In this document: positions 1 to 10,533 of the stretch, piece by piece
How positions within the stretch are numbered: position 1 is the stretch's first letter
Layout: each line of letters starts with the position of its first letter
NCBI GenBank assembly: GCA_000002445.1
Contig: CP000070.1
Location: 1,440,001 to 1,504,000, forward strand
DNA length: 64,000 bases
DNA from: Trypanosoma brucei
Taxonomy: Eukaryota
Direction of reading: 5' to 3'
Position numbers and translations under genes: made by a program
Notes under the pieces: generated by a model
Told to the model about the DNA's origin: nothing
Seen by the model: the letters and a program-made list of their open reading frames with translations, nothing else
Database searches by the model: none

Positions 1-261
1 AAAATGACAATGCATTAGTCCTTCCGTTGCAATATATAAATATGTATATATGTATATATGTATATGTGTATATTTATGTATATATATACATATTTATTTG
101 GATGTTTTACATATTTGTATGTTCCGCTTATATAAATAAATATATATATATACACATATTTAATTATTTTATTTTATTGTTTGTTCATTGACTTACCTGC
201 GCGCACATGTCCCCGAGTGTCCGTTTGCCTGTCTCCATTTACATGTGTACTTTTATGTGTT

Positions 262-265
<4 letters not shown>

Positions 266-304
<39 letters not shown>

Positions 305-345
305 TTGTGTGTATGTGTATGTGTATGTGTGTGTGTGTGTGTATG
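266..345. repeat. Compound microsatellite: (AT)n of about 17 units followed by an imperfect (TG)n.
   Basis: atatatat... at 266-298, then gtgtatgtgtatgtgtgtgtgtgtgtgtgt at 300-345. Confidence 0.9.
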
Positions 346-2639
346 GCTTCCCTTCTTTCTTTTATTATTGTTATTGTCAAATGTGCAATCTGGTACCTAT
401 CTTCTTCCTGTTTTTATTCCCCGATGGGTTGCCGTTGTTTTCTTTTTTCTTTTTCTTTTTTTTACTCCACTTGACATTATTTTATTTATTATTTTATGTC
501 CTGCTCCTTTTTTTGTTTGTTTTCCTCTTATTTCTCCTCCATCCCTTCTTTTTTTTATTTTACTGCATTTTCTTTTCTAATTTATTTTATTATATTAAAA
601 ATACTTTCGCCATGTCCCTCTATTTCGTATATTACCCGACTCTTTCTTTCATGTGGTTGTATCGCAATATATATTGCTATTGCTATTACTATTCCTCCTA
701 CTATTGTTATTGTTATCTTTTATTATTTTCAAAAAAAGAATTTTTCTGTTCAATTTCTAGTTTATGTATCACTTTTTATTTGTTTGTTTATCGCCTTTGC
801 GTTAAATAATAAATTTTATGAAAACAAAGAAGAAAGGGAAACAATCCGAAACAAAGTCTCGTTCCACACATTTTGATTCTTTTTTTTAATTGTTCCTTCT
901 TTTTTTTTTTTTAGATCTTCCTGTTTCAAACCCTTCATTTTCCTTTTTGTTTTATTTTTATTCTCACTTCTTTACTGCAACTTTTATTTATTTATTTTGT
1001 CCTCATTTTTTTTTTTATTTCCCCCCCTCTTCCTCACTAATTTCTTCTCACCACAAAATACACGTCAGTAATCGTTGTGTTTGAAATCATATACTTAAAA
1101 TATATATATATATATATATTTTTTTTTCTCTCCATATATTTCTCCTTCATTCAACTTTTTTTTGTCCGCTTACCTTTTTTATCCCTTCCTTTCTTCTTTA
1201 AAAAAAATAATAATTAATTATTTTAATTTAAATAACTTTTTAAAGGGGTAGAAACCTTCGCAGTGGTCCTTTTTTTTGTTTTTAATTTTTATTTCTTTCC
1301 ACCTGAATTGTCTATTTTCCTTTTTGAGTTTAACGTTTATTATTATCATTATTATTTCCTTCTGTTTTTCATTGTTATTATTTTTTTTAATTTTTATTTA
1401 CTTCGTAACAAAATAAATAAAAATCAGAGAGGAAAAAAAGGAAGTCCTCCCTCTTTCTTTTCTTTTCTTTTTTTTCCCCCCTCTTCCCCCTTCAACTCAT
1501 CACTCTGCTTTCTCTTCAACAACCACATAAGTAGAAATTTTTTTTAAAATAAAAAGCTGAAGGATCAAAGTTTATATATTCCTTTCGGTTTTATTTTTCC
1601 TATTTTTCCAATTTGTATTGATTATTAAATTCTTAAATTATTACTGTTATTATTTGTTGTTATTATTATTATTTTATTTGTTATTTCTCCTTATTTATTG
1701 TGTTATTTTAAAATTTTCTTCATAATTTTTGTGTTTTTCATATTCCTTCCTTCCTTCCATTCTTTCTTTCTTTCTTTAATACCTTTATTTGTAATCATAT
1801 TATTATATTATTATTATTTTGATCAACTCCATTATTTGTTTACTGCGGCTACCACACTTTCTGCTAAAAGTTTATTACAATAATAGTAATAAATGTTGTT
1901 ATTTTTATTTGTTGTTGTGATTTTACGTCTCTTGGTTCAAGAGGAGCTTAAATTTTTTTTGTCGCATGATTGTGAACAAATATATGCAATTGATATAAAT
2001 AAATATATATTTTTTTACATGTATGTATTTATATATGCATTTCCTGATGTGCTTATATCATTTATTCTATTGTCATGATTTCATCACTATTAAAATTGTG
2101 TGCCTGTGCCTTTCTCTCTCTCTGTCTGTCTGTGTGTTATGGTTATGGTTAGGGGGAGGCACCTTTCTTTCTTTCTTATCTTTTTTTTTTTAACCTCCCC
2201 CTTTTTAAAATTAATTAATTAATTAATTAATTTTTATTTAGTTATTTATATGTCTTTTTCTTCTCTTCCACCACCTGCTCCTCCTCCTCTATTTTTTTTA
2301 ATAAAAATATATATATTTACTATCTTTTTTTATTAATTGTTATTCTTCCATTAAATATATAAATAAATATTTATGTATCTCTTTTTTATGTATTAAATTT
2401 TCTTTACTTCCATTTTCGTTCCAGTCAGTTAAACTTGTTCCCGTTTATTTAACTAAATCCCCCCCCCCCACAAAAAAAAAAGAAAAAGAGGGAATATACA
2501 ACATTAATATATAAATGCGTGCGATATAGGTGGATCTTATTAGCCTTTTGTTTTTTTTTAAAAAATCCGTCTCTTGTATTTCATTACTTTTGTTGGTATA
2601 TATTTTAACCAATTGAGGACACAACAGCTATGATAATGA

Positions 2640-2712
2640 TGGTAATAATAAAAATATGTTGTTGTTACGATGATAATAATAATAATAATAAATATTATCA
2701 TTATTATTATTG
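2640..2712. repeat. (TAA)n / (TTA)n near-palindromic trinucleotide repeat.
   Basis: gataataataataataataaatattatcattattattattg is an inverted-symmetric arrangement. Confidence 0.8.
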
Positions 2713-5670
2713 CTATTGTGTCATATCATATCAGGGTTTCATTTATTTATAAATAAATATATATTGTTATTATATGATCGTGTGTGTTTGTGTTTTGACG
2801 TGGCTGTAGAGAAGGGGAGATTTATATTCAACTTTTTATTTGTTTTACATTTTCTTCGTTTTGTATGTATTTAAAAGAAGTAAAAATAAATAAATTAATA
2901 TATATATATATATATATATTAAAAATCTTAAGTGTCCTTCTGAGCTAAAGCTGTTGCGTGTTTATAAGAAAATGAAAAGAAAAAAAAGAAAAACGAAAGG
3001 GATAAATAGATAAAGGATCGGTGTAATAATTTTTGTTATTTGTTTATTTATATTTCCTCCCTCTTCCCTTTTATCTGTTTTTTTTCCGCATTTTCTTCGG
3101 GATTCGCTTCATCATTTATTTTGTTTATATATTTCTTTTCTTTTTTCTTTATCTTTTTCATTCGTAATTGTTATATTTATTCCCTTTTTTCCTTTTCTAT
3201 ATTTTCACCCCACTTTTATTATGATGTACATTTATATGCGTATCAAATCTGTCGATTTTATTTTATTTTATTGTTTTACTATTTTCTTTTTCTTTTGTTT
3301 CTTTTTGTTTTTTATTTTTATTTTATTATTATTATCATCATGTTGTGATGACTGTTTTTCTGTCCTCTCCTTTCAATTTACCATTTCTGTCTTTTTTTTA
3401 TATGTTGTTCCTATTATTTATGTCTTTTTTAAAAAAAAAAATAATTTTGGAGGAGGTCGTTGTTATTATTGTTAATACTACTTTTATTATTGTTGGTAAC
3501 TATGATAATGAGGATTGTATTATTATTATTATTATCGTTGTTATTTTCCAGCTACAATTGGGGTTGAAACGTGAGAGATGGAAAAAGAAACAATAGAAAC
3601 AAAAGAGTCAAAACGAAAAAGAGTAGAAAAGAAAAAAAGAAAAGAAATAATAATAATAATAATACAATATTGATGACAATAAAATATATAATGAATAGAA
3701 AATAAGGGAGATATGAGGCTAAAAACCCGTAGAAAAGTCACTTGGAAATATAAAACAATGAATATTTTCCAGTATGTTAAGCGAACCCGTGAACAAAATG
3801 AAAGTCAAATATCGGTAGCTATTTAAAAAGGGGGAAAAACAACAACGGCCGGAACAAATACGTAAAGAAGAGTTTATCAATCACACTTTGCACGTGTAGT
3901 GAAACTCGTTCAAATTGATTAATAGACTAATTAATTGATTAAATAATTAAAAAATCATTCAAATCATTCTTACCAACGCATCTTCCCACATTTATATAAC
4001 TATATATTTTTCAGTATTGATGTATTTTTTTCTTTTATATTTCGTAACTGTCTTTTTTTTTCCGCTTTTTTTAAAAAGAAAGAAAAATGCCTACTATGCT
4101 GCTTCGTATTTTATATTAGGCTTTTTTGACCATTTCAACCCCGACATTTACCATCAATAAAGATGGTAATAATGAAATATATATATATACATATATAACT
4201 ACGGGAGGCCTTTTATTAAATTACTATTATCGTTTTTGTTTTTGTATTGTAGACCTTCTGCCTTGAAGAAAACAAGGCATGGGTGTAGAGAGGGGAAAAA
4301 AAACTAGATGTACGAAGATAAAAAGCTTTCTCATTTACTCTCTTCTTTTTTGTGTGTTTTATTAACGTCTGTTCTTAATTTTTTTTTCTTCTTATTTCTT
4401 AATTTTATTTGTTTATATTTTACTGATGTTGTGGGAAATGCGGAAAGGAGCTACTCACTTTTTTTCTTCCACTGAAGGGGAAAAGGAAGAAAATTTAACA
4501 TATATATTTTTCATAACTAAATGATAAAAGGGATTCGAGCCGGAGAAATATAAAAAAAAATGGGGAAAGAAGAAAAGAGAGAGATATGGAGTTAAATAGG
4601 TTTGTTACGTCTGAAAAACCTTTTGTGTATAAGTAAATAATATTAATATATATATTAATATTATATTATATATATGTTTGGTATTTAAATTTCTTATAAG
4701 GGGAAAACGATTATACGTAATGCACATATAAGTATTTACAATTATATATATTTACATATTCATACGCCTATACATTCACGTATACACACTTTTTTGATCA
4801 CTTATATTTATATTCACTTATATTAATTTGATTAGCATTGGTATATATGTATGACTGTACTTGTAGACCTCTGTTTGATACATTTCATATGGAAGAAAGG
4901 AGAAGAAGGGGGAGGGAAATGAAAAAAAGAAAATGAAAGAGAAAATGGCTCTCTACTGGGATAAAAACAGGAAAATAAAATTAGGGGGGAGAAGGTGCTT
5001 GCAAAGGGAAAACGACTCTTTTTTTGTTTTGTTTTTTTATTTTTATTTTTTGTTATTTATTTGTACGCGTCTGTTTCCGGCCTAAGTTGCGCACGGGGAG
5101 TTCGGGGGGCTGTTTATTATTATTATTATTATTTTCCCGGTTTCCACCGCTTTTTGTCGTTAGTGTTTATGCTTTTGTGTTTCGGGGGAGCAACGCACAA
5201 CTGTCACTTTGTCTTCGACGTGTCCTTTTGTGCATGCTTTAAAAAAATTTTTTATTTACTTGTTGTGAGCCTTGGAGGGAGGGAAGTTGCTTCACTGTTC
5301 CTTTTCTATTATTTTTTCCTTATTTTTATTTTGGTCTCTCATCATTTTTAATGGGGGTTTTGTTTTAACTGACTGTTGTTATTTTTTTTCCCTAACTGTC
5401 TTCAATGTTTGAGCGACTGTTATAAATCTTGACTTTTGATTATTTTTATCTTTTATTATTTTATTATTTTGTTTGTTTTCCTTTTTTTTTAAAAAAACCT
5501 TTTCTCTTTCTGCGTGCGTGAGTATGTGTCTGTTTCCAGACTGACCACTTTCAAAAAGTGATTTTTTTGTACACGCAATTTGGTAATGCGATCTGGCATC
5601 AAAATGATGATAAAAATGATCTGCTTTTTAATCCCGTTGTTTCTTCTGTGTCTACCGTTTCATCAATAGT

Positions 5671-5714
5671 TTTTCTTTCCTTTCCACTTTCTTCTTTCTT
5701 TCTTTTTTTTCCTA
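5671..5714 (+). promoter_or_regulatory. Polypyrimidine tract upstream of the first gene. With the ttcttttcag AG at 5906-5917 it gives a likely spliced-leader acceptor and polyadenylation guide region.
   Basis: A CT-rich run ttttctttcctttccactttcttctttctttctttttttt, and a separate cttttcag AG 14 nt upstream of the ATG at 5932. Confidence 0.45.
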
Positions 5715-5931
5715 TTCATGAAGGGCCTCCGTGTAACCCTTTGCCTTTTTGTGATTAATACAAGCACATAATAAAACAAGCTGAAGAAAAAGGGTAGAAG
5801 GAAAGGAGAGGGACGAAAAGGAAACTGGGAGGAGAGGAGAGGAGGGGGGAGAAAGATTTTTCTCACAGCCTCCAACGACTACGACAGACTGTATTTCTGC
5901 ACTTGATTTCTTTTCAGGTGAGGAAGAGCGG

Positions 5932-8900
5932 ATGGAGAGAACGGAGGATGTAACATATTTAAAACTCATTCCAATGTGTACTGCAGCCGAAAGGAGTGAA
6001 GCATCACTTCTGCTCGGCACTTTCGTTGGATGTTTCAGCGAAAACGATAAATTAGATCTTGAAGTGTGTGATGACAGCCGATATGTACTGCGTGGCATAC
6101 GTAAGTCGTTACGGCAACTGGTTTATGACGGTAACGGAGTTGAGGCGAAGGAAACCCTCGAGCGACTTGTGCACATTGTTTGTGAGCGAAGGATGGCAAC
6201 AGCTGCATTGCGCTCTCCTTTTGTAGCACCGAACACCTTAACATGTTATTTGCCATCCAGTGCACAATGTGAACGGAGGGGTGGAGTTACAATGTTACGG
6301 GTGCTGCGAGAATTAGTCGGAACCGCTTCCTCGCTAAATAATTCCATCGAATTGAATGAATCCGGCGATTACACCGGATGGCCTGTTTCTGTATTGCCTT
6401 GCCCTTTATTGTACGTTGTGTACTATTTGACCAGCGCTCAATGTAGCGAGGGCTCAAAGGACGACTTCTGCAGTCCGTGGGCAAAGCTATTTTTCGGCGA
6501 GTTACTGTCGTTAGAAGGAACTGAGAATGATGAACTTGAAGCTGTAGTGGCATCTTACGATGATATGCCGGGTACGTGTACGTGTGGGCCAACATCACGT
6601 GAAAATCTTCCACATACGCAGCAGCCGCTTCTAATGAAAAAGATCCGGCATAATATTACACGGCTCTTCTCCACTTCATTTCCTCACCATGGTGCGTGGC
6701 GTCTACTTTCTTTCATGGATGTCTATTCAGCGTGGATAAGGCGGGATTTGCACCGTGCATTGGATGGCGCTACGCAAGCATTGCATGCTGCGACGTTTGG
6801 CGAAGACAAATGCACTATGCTGTGGATTGCACGACATGTTTTGCGGTTTATTCATGCTTTTGCTGTTGCAGCAACGACAAACTTGGCGAACCACGACTCG
6901 CGACGTGAGATGGAATATAAGCTCGAGCACGTAAACTCTCATTACAATTCCTCCGATGACGACAGTTTTGCATGCAATGATAGCATCGCCAGCCAATTGT
7001 ATTTTCCACATTCCCCGTCTTTGCTCTTGGATGTGCGGGAGAATTTCCGCTTTGTGTTGTTTAGCGATTGGCCTGATTGCAGTGAGGCAGGTGAGCGTCG
7101 TGGAGAGGACAAAACGACATTCTGCAGAGGTGATGGTGTTGCATCCCGGCAAACAAAGCACGTAAACCACCGGCGCTCCAGCGGGAATAGTGATAACCTC
7201 CCAAGTGGAAGCGCCACGTCTCGGCAGTTCGGCACTTGCCGGGTCTCGTTATTTGTCTCTCTTCTGGAAGTGTGGCTTCGCGCTAAAAAACATACTGATG
7301 CTGGTGAGATGGTCGAATCCCGCATCTTGATAGTAAATACTCTGGACAGCCTGTTTGACAATAGCGCTTCCGATGAGGTGCCAAAAGGACCGTTCTCCGC
7401 ATGGGAGCACCGCACTGCCGAATACATGTGTCCAATTCAGTGGCTTCGTCAAGTGCTACTTGTCAACTGTGCAGCACTTGTCGACAGTCCAACCGTTTTG
7501 CACATGCTTTGGAATTGGCCCCATCCACTTACTACAGGGGAGTCAGTTTTCCTGGCCGTGTGCCCAACGCTAACCGCTGGTGGGTTGCACTCACCCATCC
7601 TCTCTTGTGTTCCCTTCTGCCCAACGACTTCACCGATGTGCTTGGATGATTTTATTCAACTTGTGGATTGTTGGCCCCTTCCTGTGCAGGTGCCATTGTT
7701 GATGCAGCGGATTTGGTATAAGCAACAGGAACTTCAGCGGCCATCTGTCGACAAGGGGGGTAACAGAAACACCAAGGGCTATAATTCTACAGAAGATGAT
7801 ATGTGCTGTGAGGAAGGAGAACGACGACTTTCTCTGCAGTGGGAAGTTTTACATCTTTGTGAGATCCTTGTTGACCGTGCACGAGGACTATCTGGAACTC
7901 TCGAATTAAGTTTCACGGAATGCTCTCCACACCGCGCTCTGCTCGAGGCAATTACGACGGTGTGCGAGTTGCAGGAGGATATTCTACGCGTAACAGCTAC
8001 CTGTTTAGCGGGTGATCACCAAACTTCTTCATCCAGATCGCCGAGCAGCGGCAGCGTCAGTAGCGACGGCACTGAGGTTGAGGTCCCAAATCGTGCAGAC
8101 ATCACAACTGCTTTGGGTTCATGTGAAGAGCTTGTTTGCCTTCGTTGCAGAGAAGCATTTGAAGATTCTGCTTCATTATTCCATAGGAATGGACCGACTG
8201 ATAAGGATGACCAACGTGAGAAGTTGGCTGGTAGTGGCGGCCACAAAACCAATGCAACGGAAGATCCACTGTTGTTTCATTTATTTCCCATCATCTCGAC
8301 CACAAAACCAGTGGTGGCGCATGAAGTATTTTGGCTTGCGCACAAGCAACTGCCCCGGTGGGCTGCGGTTTTCCTGCAAAACTACGGTTACCTCAAGGTT
8401 TCTGCGGCTGTGTGCAGGCTGCGGATTGCAGCCGCTGCCTTCGATCCCACGACACCACAACTCGCGGCGGAGATGCTGGCTGCTTTTCCTAATAATGCGG
8501 TGGTAGCTGTTCATGCTGCTGCATCGTTATTTGCGAGTCTTCACATTGTTCAGGCGAAACAATGCATCAACGAGGCGGTTCAGGAGTACCCTCACTCAGC
8601 GGAGTTGCACCGTGTTTTCCACATGATACATTCCAGCGGTAACAGAAAGCAGCTGAGGGACCAGCTTAAGGAAACGCCTCAACGCAGTCGGCACAAGAAT
8701 ATTGCAGGTATTACTTACTCGCATCAGTACCGTGGGATGTGTACTGTGCGCTACAAGGTTGCGCAATGCGACAGTGTTGCACACTGGTTGCAAGTATTTG
8801 CCTCTGTTGTCTGTGTGTTTTTTTGGATAGCTTCACTCGGCCTCTATTTTTTTGATAATGTTTTAAGAACCGCGGTAGATGTCAGTGATTCCCCGCCACC

Positions 8901-10155
8901 TTCATTCCAGACTTCTAACGAAACAGCGATTGATGGCACACCGACGCATGGTGCAAGAAGACGCTGGTCGTTTAAGTTATTTTTTTCTCCTCTTATTTAC
9001 CTTTCTGCGTTTCTTCTTGTATACGCGATTACCGCTGCCGTTGTTGTTCCCATTCTTGCGGGACGTCAATCTAAATGGAAACGGCGATGTGCACTCGTGA
9101 ACAGGTTCCTTCGCTCTTTGCTTGAGGAGCAATCTCTTGTGAACACTGCTCTTAACAGAATAAACTTCTGTCTTCGCGGTATGGCACTTGTGAACATCAT
9201 AACAGCTGTACAGCTCGTCACAAGCAACATAATTTCCCTTCGTACCCCAGATTATCGTCTTGAAGCGACGAACTGGATGAGCACTAAGTCCCATGTACCA
9301 AATACGTTACCGGATGGTGATTTTACCAATTGGTGTATTGCTTTGTCGCTTCTACTACCTGTGCTTTTATTTGGAGTTGCCTTTCATGGTACCGCGTGGC
9401 GAGTGGTGCGTGGCTGCGATACTATGGTAGGATCCGCAACAACGTATACTACCGTTTTTTTCATTGACTTAACCACTTTTATTATATTTTTTCCTCTTCA
9501 CTTTATCTGTTCTGTGTTGGTAGAACCACTACTTTTTACTCTTGTGGCTGCGTTTACCATCGGGACATCATTACCTGTACTGCTTGAGCGACTACCTCTT
9601 GTGCCACCCGACAGCCTGCTCCACCCTTTGAGTTGTCCAAGCGCCGATGAAAAAAAACAGTGCCATGACAGAAACGACTTCTGTGCTCGATCGGCATCTT
9701 TCTTTTCTAATCGGTTACTTGCGAATATGCCACCCACGAAGTGGTCACCCAATCTCAACTGTGTAAGAGCACTGCTCTGCGCACACGAGGTGGTGTGGCC
9801 TCCGGACAGGGCACAGAAAACTAAATCCCAACATCGCTTCAACAATTTTTGCAGTGGCATTAATAACACTAATGGTTGCCAACACCCCCTCCAACAACTG
9901 CTTTGCCGCTGCATCAGGTGGTACATTACGATGCACAGTTTTCTTTTCTGGGGCTCGGTCGCTCGTTATGAAAAAAGCAGATCAGCGGTACGTTTGGAAC
10001 TCGTCCATGAGGGATACAGGGAGTTTTTTCAACCACAATCAGCTGCGTCATGGGAAACCGCAACGCAGGACAGTAACGAACTTCGGGTGGTCACACTCCC
10101 TTTTAAATCGTTAGACCATCAAAAAATGCCAAAATCAGAAACATTGTTTGGTTGA
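5932..10155 (+). CDS. Hypothetical protein of 1407 aa. The N-terminal ~1000 aa look soluble; the C-terminal ~400 aa carry at least 6 predicted transmembrane helices.
   Basis: Long uninterrupted ATG-initiated ORF. Hydrophobic helix-length segments in the C-terminus include VAHWLQVFASVVCVFFWIASLGLYFF, LIYLSAFLLVYAITAAVVVPILA, WCIALSLLLPVLLFGVAFHG and TTVFFIDLTTFIIFFPLHFICSVLVEPLLFTLVAAFTIGTSLPVLL. No family recognised. Confidence 0.8.
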   Translation: MERTEDVTYLKLIPMCTAAERSEASLLLGTFVGCFSENDKLDLEVCDDSRYVLRGIRKSLRQLVYDGNGVEAKETLERLVHIVCERRMATAALRSPFVAPNTLTCYLPSSAQCERRGGVTMLRVLRELVGTASSLNNSIELNESGDYTGWPVSVLPCPLLYVVYYLTSAQCSEGSKDDFCSPWAKLFFGELLSLEGTENDELEAVVASYDDMPGTCTCGPTSRENLPHTQQPLLMKKIRHNITRLFSTSFPHHGAWRLLSFMDVYSAWIRRDLHRALDGATQALHAATFGEDKCTMLWIARHVLRFIHAFAVAATTNLANHDSRREMEYKLEHVNSHYNSSDDDSFACNDSIASQLYFPHSPSLLLDVRENFRFVLFSDWPDCSEAGERRGEDKTTFCRGDGVASRQTKHVNHRRSSGNSDNLPSGSATSRQFGTCRVSLFVSLLEVWLRAKKHTDAGEMVESRILIVNTLDSLFDNSASDEVPKGPFSAWEHRTAEYMCPIQWLRQVLLVNCAALVDSPTVLHMLWNWPHPLTTGESVFLAVCPTLTAGGLHSPILSCVPFCPTTSPMCLDDFIQLVDCWPLPVQVPLLMQRIWYKQQELQRPSVDKGGNRNTKGYNSTEDDMCCEEGERRLSLQWEVLHLCEILVDRARGLSGTLELSFTECSPHRALLEAITTVCELQEDILRVTATCLAGDHQTSSSRSPSSGSVSSDGTEVEVPNRADITTALGSCEELVCLRCREAFEDSASLFHRNGPTDKDDQREKLAGSGGHKTNATEDPLLFHLFPIISTTKPVVAHEVFWLAHKQLPRWAAVFLQNYGYLKVSAAVCRLRIAAAAFDPTTPQLAAEMLAAFPNNAVVAVHAAASLFASLHIVQAKQCINEAVQEYPHSAELHRVFHMIHSSGNRKQLRDQLKETPQRSRHKNIAGITYSHQYRGMCTVRYKVAQCDSVAHWLQVFASVVCVFFWIASLGLYFFDNVLRTAVDVSDSPPPSFQTSNETAIDGTPTHGARRRWSFKLFFSPLIYLSAFLLVYAITAAVVVPILAGRQSKWKRRCALVNRFLRSLLEEQSLVNTALNRINFCLRGMALVNIITAVQLVTSNIISLRTPDYRLEATNWMSTKSHVPNTLPDGDFTNWCIALSLLLPVLLFGVAFHGTAWRVVRGCDTMVGSATTYTTVFFIDLTTFIIFFPLHFICSVLVEPLLFTLVAAFTIGTSLPVLLERLPLVPPDSLLHPLSCPSADEKKQCHDRNDFCARSASFFSNRLLANMPPTKWSPNLNCVRALLCAHEVVWPPDRAQKTKSQHRFNNFCSGINNTNGCQHPLQQLLCRCIRWYITMHSFLFWGSVARYEKSRSAVRLELVHEGYREFFQPQSAASWETATQDSNELRVVTLPFKSLDHQKMPKSETLFG

Positions 10156-10533
10156 AAAATACTATCCTTCAAGTTGCCTCATTTCTTTTTATTTTTCAAC
10201 ACTTTAATGGTTTTTTGTCGTTTTTTTTTCCAACTTGAACTACCTGTACTACCGTTGCATTTTTTTTTATGAAGTTGGGGTGTTCTCTGCCTTTTTTGTG
10301 GAGATGCAGCCATACTTTGTTACCACTAACGAGTGTGGTAGCTATCTTTTTCGGCTACAGTCGTCACGGATAAGGATGCCTTGCGTGCATTGTGCCGCCA
10401 TCCCTCCATGTATGTCTTCTTGATGATACTCGTTTACTTCTTTCTTTGACCTTTCCCACTGTTTATTTTTGCTGACGTGTACGAAAGAGGCACTGTGACA
10501 CTCCAGTTGCAATTAAGTAATAACACCTGAGGT

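Larger units (their letters stand above)
1..5900. other. AT-rich, T-rich (+ strand) low-complexity non-coding gene desert of 5.9 kb. It contains (AT)n, (TG)n, (TTAA)n, (TAA)n and homopolymer runs and has no credible ORF.
   Basis: Every track ORF in this block translates simple repeats, for example YIYIYIY or CVCVCV. Composition is visibly much more AT-rich than the rest of the window. The first real gene starts at 5932. Confidence 0.8.

Noticed and set aside
188-1547. Several 60-200-aa ORFs in the first 1.5 kb (188-580, 207-809, 496-876, 890-1084, 1263-1547).
   Set aside because: Their translations are poly-Y/I (from (AT)n), poly-CV (from (TG)n) or poly-F/L (from T-runs). This is pure low-complexity DNA with no coding-like composition.
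6727-7427. Minus-strand ORFs of 100-180 aa overlapping the large + strand genes (for example 6727-7170, 6942-7427, 13584-14123, 20120-20659, 39367-40119, 53042-53569).
   Set aside because: These are antisense shadow ORFs typical of GC-balanced coding DNA. Each lies wholly inside a much longer, domain-bearing + strand ORF, and the whole array is co-directional.
10235-10423. 62/71-aa ORF conserved in both duplication copies (10235-10423 and 16787-17002), 110 bp upstream of the membrane-protein genes.
   Set aside because: Its conservation is explained entirely by the segmental duplication. It sits where the 5' UTR and splice-acceptor region should be, and has no recognisable motif.
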